Shown in pieces: positions 62,089 to 64,000 of a DNA stretch of 64,000 nt. The stretch's first letter is position 1; each line of letters begins with the position of its first letter. The notes beneath the pieces were generated by a model, which searched no databases, was not told where the DNA came from, and saw only the letters and a program-made list of their open reading frames with translations. Origin of the DNA: a bacterium. Its GTDB lineage: Bacteria; UBA8248. A program made the translations under genes and the position numbers. The stretch lies in contig CBDATS010000004.1 of the NCBI GenBank assembly GCA_965200245.1, positions 480,001 through 544,000 on the forward strand. Direction: 5' to 3'.

Positions 62089-63768
62089 TTATTCCGTCAC
62101 GGCCAAGGGCGCCATGGCTTCGATGTCGCTCACACAGTCGATAACGACGGGGCAGTTCGCACTGAAAGCCTGATCGAGCGCGCTCCCCAGTTCGCCCGGT
62201 TTTTCCACCCGGATGCCCAGTGCACCCATGGATTCGGCGATTTCGGCGAAATTCACCGCGTTCAGCTTCCATAGTTCATACGCCTGCTCGGTCTGCTGGC
62301 CGCCGTAAGCGCGGTCGAAACCGCGCTTGGACTGGTTACCCGAGGCGTTGTTGTTCACCAGCGTCACGGCGTTTATCTTCCAGCGCACGGCGGTCTCGAT
62401 TTCGGATAGATGATACCAGAATCCCGAATCGCCGTTGAAGGTGAATACCGGCCTGTCGGGAGCGGCACACTTCGCCCCGAGACCCGCCGAGAAGGCCCAG
62501 CCCAGATGGCCCGCGCTGCGCATATAGCTCTGCTCGGGGTGCGAGAGGTCGTACATGCCGCCCATCCACATGCCCGAATGGCCCGTGTCGGCCAGTACAA
62601 TGCAGTCAGACGGCAGGGAATCTGTCAACTCCTGACAGATGCGCTCAGGGCGCATGGGCGCAGCGTCCGATTCGAGATATTCACCAAATTCATCACGCCA
62701 GCCCTGCACGAACGCTTGCGAACGCTCCACCCAGCCCGCGCGCGAGGCTGCGGTTTCTCCGTTCGCCGCATCGACCATCTTCTGCAGGCTCACCTTGGCG
62801 TCGCCTAGAACGGCGACTTGCAAGGGGTAGTTGCGCGCAAGGGCTTCGGGTTCGATGTCCAGTTGTATGGCGGGCGTTCCGATGGGCGGCACTGCCCAGA
62901 AGTGCGTCGTCATGCCGCCCGTCTCGGCACCTGCGAAAAAGACCATATCAGCCGTGTTCACGACACGGTTTGCGCTCTTTCTCGAATAGGTGCCCACCAC
63001 GCCGACCGAGAGCGGGTGATTGCCCGGAATGTTGTCCTTGCCGTTCAAGGATGTCGCCACAGGAATGTTCAGCTTCTCGGCCAAGGCAATGAGTTCCTTC
63101 GAAGCGCCCGATGAGCGCACGCCGCCGCCGGAGACGATGACGGGGCGCTCGGCCTTCTCAAGCAATTCGACCGCTTTTTTTATCCGCGCCATTTCCGGCT
63201 CAGGTCTGTATGGAGGGAGTTCCCTGAAATCTTCTTCGATGATCACCTCCATCTCGGCCTCTTCGATGTCGAGTTGGCCTTCGTTGCCCGCAAACTGGAG
63301 GTGTACCGGCCCCGGACACCCCGATGTGGCGACGCGGAAGGCCTGGCGGAGCATATCCGGGAAACGCGAAACGTCGTCCACCGTGGCGTTGAACTTCGTC
63401 ACGGGCTCGAAGGCGGGCACATCGTCCACCTCCTGGTAGACTTTTCGGAACTTGGTTTGCGGCACGCGCCCGCCCGTGAAGGCGAGCACCGGAGCTTTCG
63501 CCAGATAGGCGTCCCGCAGGCCCGCCGCCAGGTTCAGTGCGCCGATGACCTGCGCCATGCAGACGCCGGGTTTCTTGCCCGCGCGGGCGTAGCCATCCGC
63601 CATGTAGGCGGCAGATTTCTCACCATGCGTCTGAATGCGGGCAATGTTCGTGCGCTCTTCCATCTCGGCCATCGATCGCCTCAGGACGGCGGGAACCAGA
63701 AAAACGTGAGTCACACCATAGCCCTTGAGCATCTCGGCCATGACTTGGGCGCCTGTCATTTTCGGCAT
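62089..63768 (-). CDS. thiamine pyrophosphate-dependent enzyme (acetolactate synthase-like family)
   Basis: HGEKSAAYMADGYAR, PGPVHL, GDSG...NN TPP motif. Confidence 0.88.
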   Translation of the reverse strand: MPKMTGAQVMAEMLKGYGVTHVFLVPAVLRRSMAEMEERTNIARIQTHGEKSAAYMADGYARAGKKPGVCMAQVIGALNLAAGLRDAYLAKAPVLAFTGGRVPQTKFRKVYQEVDDVPAFEPVTKFNATVDDVSRFPDMLRQAFRVATSGCPGPVHLQFAGNEGQLDIEEAEMEVIIEEDFRELPPYRPEPEMARIKKAVELLEKAERPVIVSGGGVRSSGASKELIALAEKLNIPVATSLNGKDNIPGNHPLSVGVVGTYSRKSANRVVNTADMVFFAGAETGGMTTHFWAVPPIGTPAIQLDIEPEALARNYPLQVAVLGDAKVSLQKMVDAANGETAASRAGWVERSQAFVQGWRDEFGEYLESDAAPMRPERICQELTDSLPSDCIVLADTGHSGMWMGGMYDLSHPEQSYMRSAGHLGWAFSAGLGAKCAAPDRPVFTFNGDSGFWYHLSEIETAVRWKINAVTLVNNNASGNQSKRGFDRAYGGQQTEQAYELWKLNAVNFAEIAESMGALGIRVEKPGELGSALDQAFSANCPVVIDCVSDIEAMAPLAVTE

Positions 63769-63887
63769 TCTGAGTTTCTCCTTTTCAAAATTCCTGACGC
63801 AATAACATGACGACAAAGAACAAGTTGCCGCCGATTCGGAAAGTCCGGGGAATACCGGATAGAGTTATCAGCTAAGGGCGAGAAAAT

Positions 63888-64000
63888 CTAGCCGCCCAGC
63901 GCATCGCGCACGGCGTCGGGAATCTCGCGCATATCCTCCACCACAGTGGCGCCCGCTTCCTTCAACAGCGCTTTTTTCCGTGCGGGCGAGCCCTCCCCGC
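63888..64000 (-). CDS. C-terminus of a succinyl-CoA synthetase alpha-like (CoA-binding) protein, partial
   Basis: GEGSPARKKALLKEAGATVVEDMREIPDAV...*; truncated by the window edge. Confidence 0.55.
   Translation of the reverse strand, partial: GEGSPARKKALLKEAGATVVEDMREIPDAVRDALGG

Noticed and set aside
1-64000. CRISPR arrays, tRNA and rRNA genes
   Set aside because: No regularly spaced repeats or cloverleaf/T-arm contexts were found by eye, and the 33-bp repeats at 27.9 kb are coding. A tRNAscan/Rfam run could still find something I missed.

Overview
64 kb of a moderately GC-rich bacterial chromosome. Gene content and order look like a Nitrospinota/Tectomicrobia- or deltaproteobacteria-like organism (inference only). 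Intact housekeeping blocks are rlmN, nth-like, folD-xseA-xseB-ispA-dxs-tlyA, cysE-iscS-iscU, greA, ispB-maf-aminotransferase-2-hydroxyacid dehydrogenase-hydantoinase/oxoprolinase A/B, thiI and mrpABCDEFG. They alternate with decayed accessory regions. At 18.3-24.4 kb is a collapsed defence/conjugative island: type III RM mod and res fragments, hicAB, a Sir2/HerA deletion chimera, an AlbA-ATPase with a C9 frameshift and TrwC relaxase-helicase fragments. At 34.6-37.5 kb is an IS630/MNT-HEPN relic, and at 59.7-60.8 kb a broken arsC-aquaglyceroporin pair. Two signals stand out. (1) A probable OsmC-family selenoprotein that the ORF track splits in two: an in-frame TGA sits at the catalytic Cys position, followed by a SECIS-like hairpin, at the end of a co-oriented thiol/selenium-flavoured gene run. 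(2) A two-gene molybdoenzyme module with a four-cluster ferredoxin fused N-terminally to a Mo/W-bisPGD catalytic subunit, plus a putative di-haem b membrane anchor. No tRNA, rRNA or CRISPR array was seen. All product calls come from motif recognition by eye; no database search was run.
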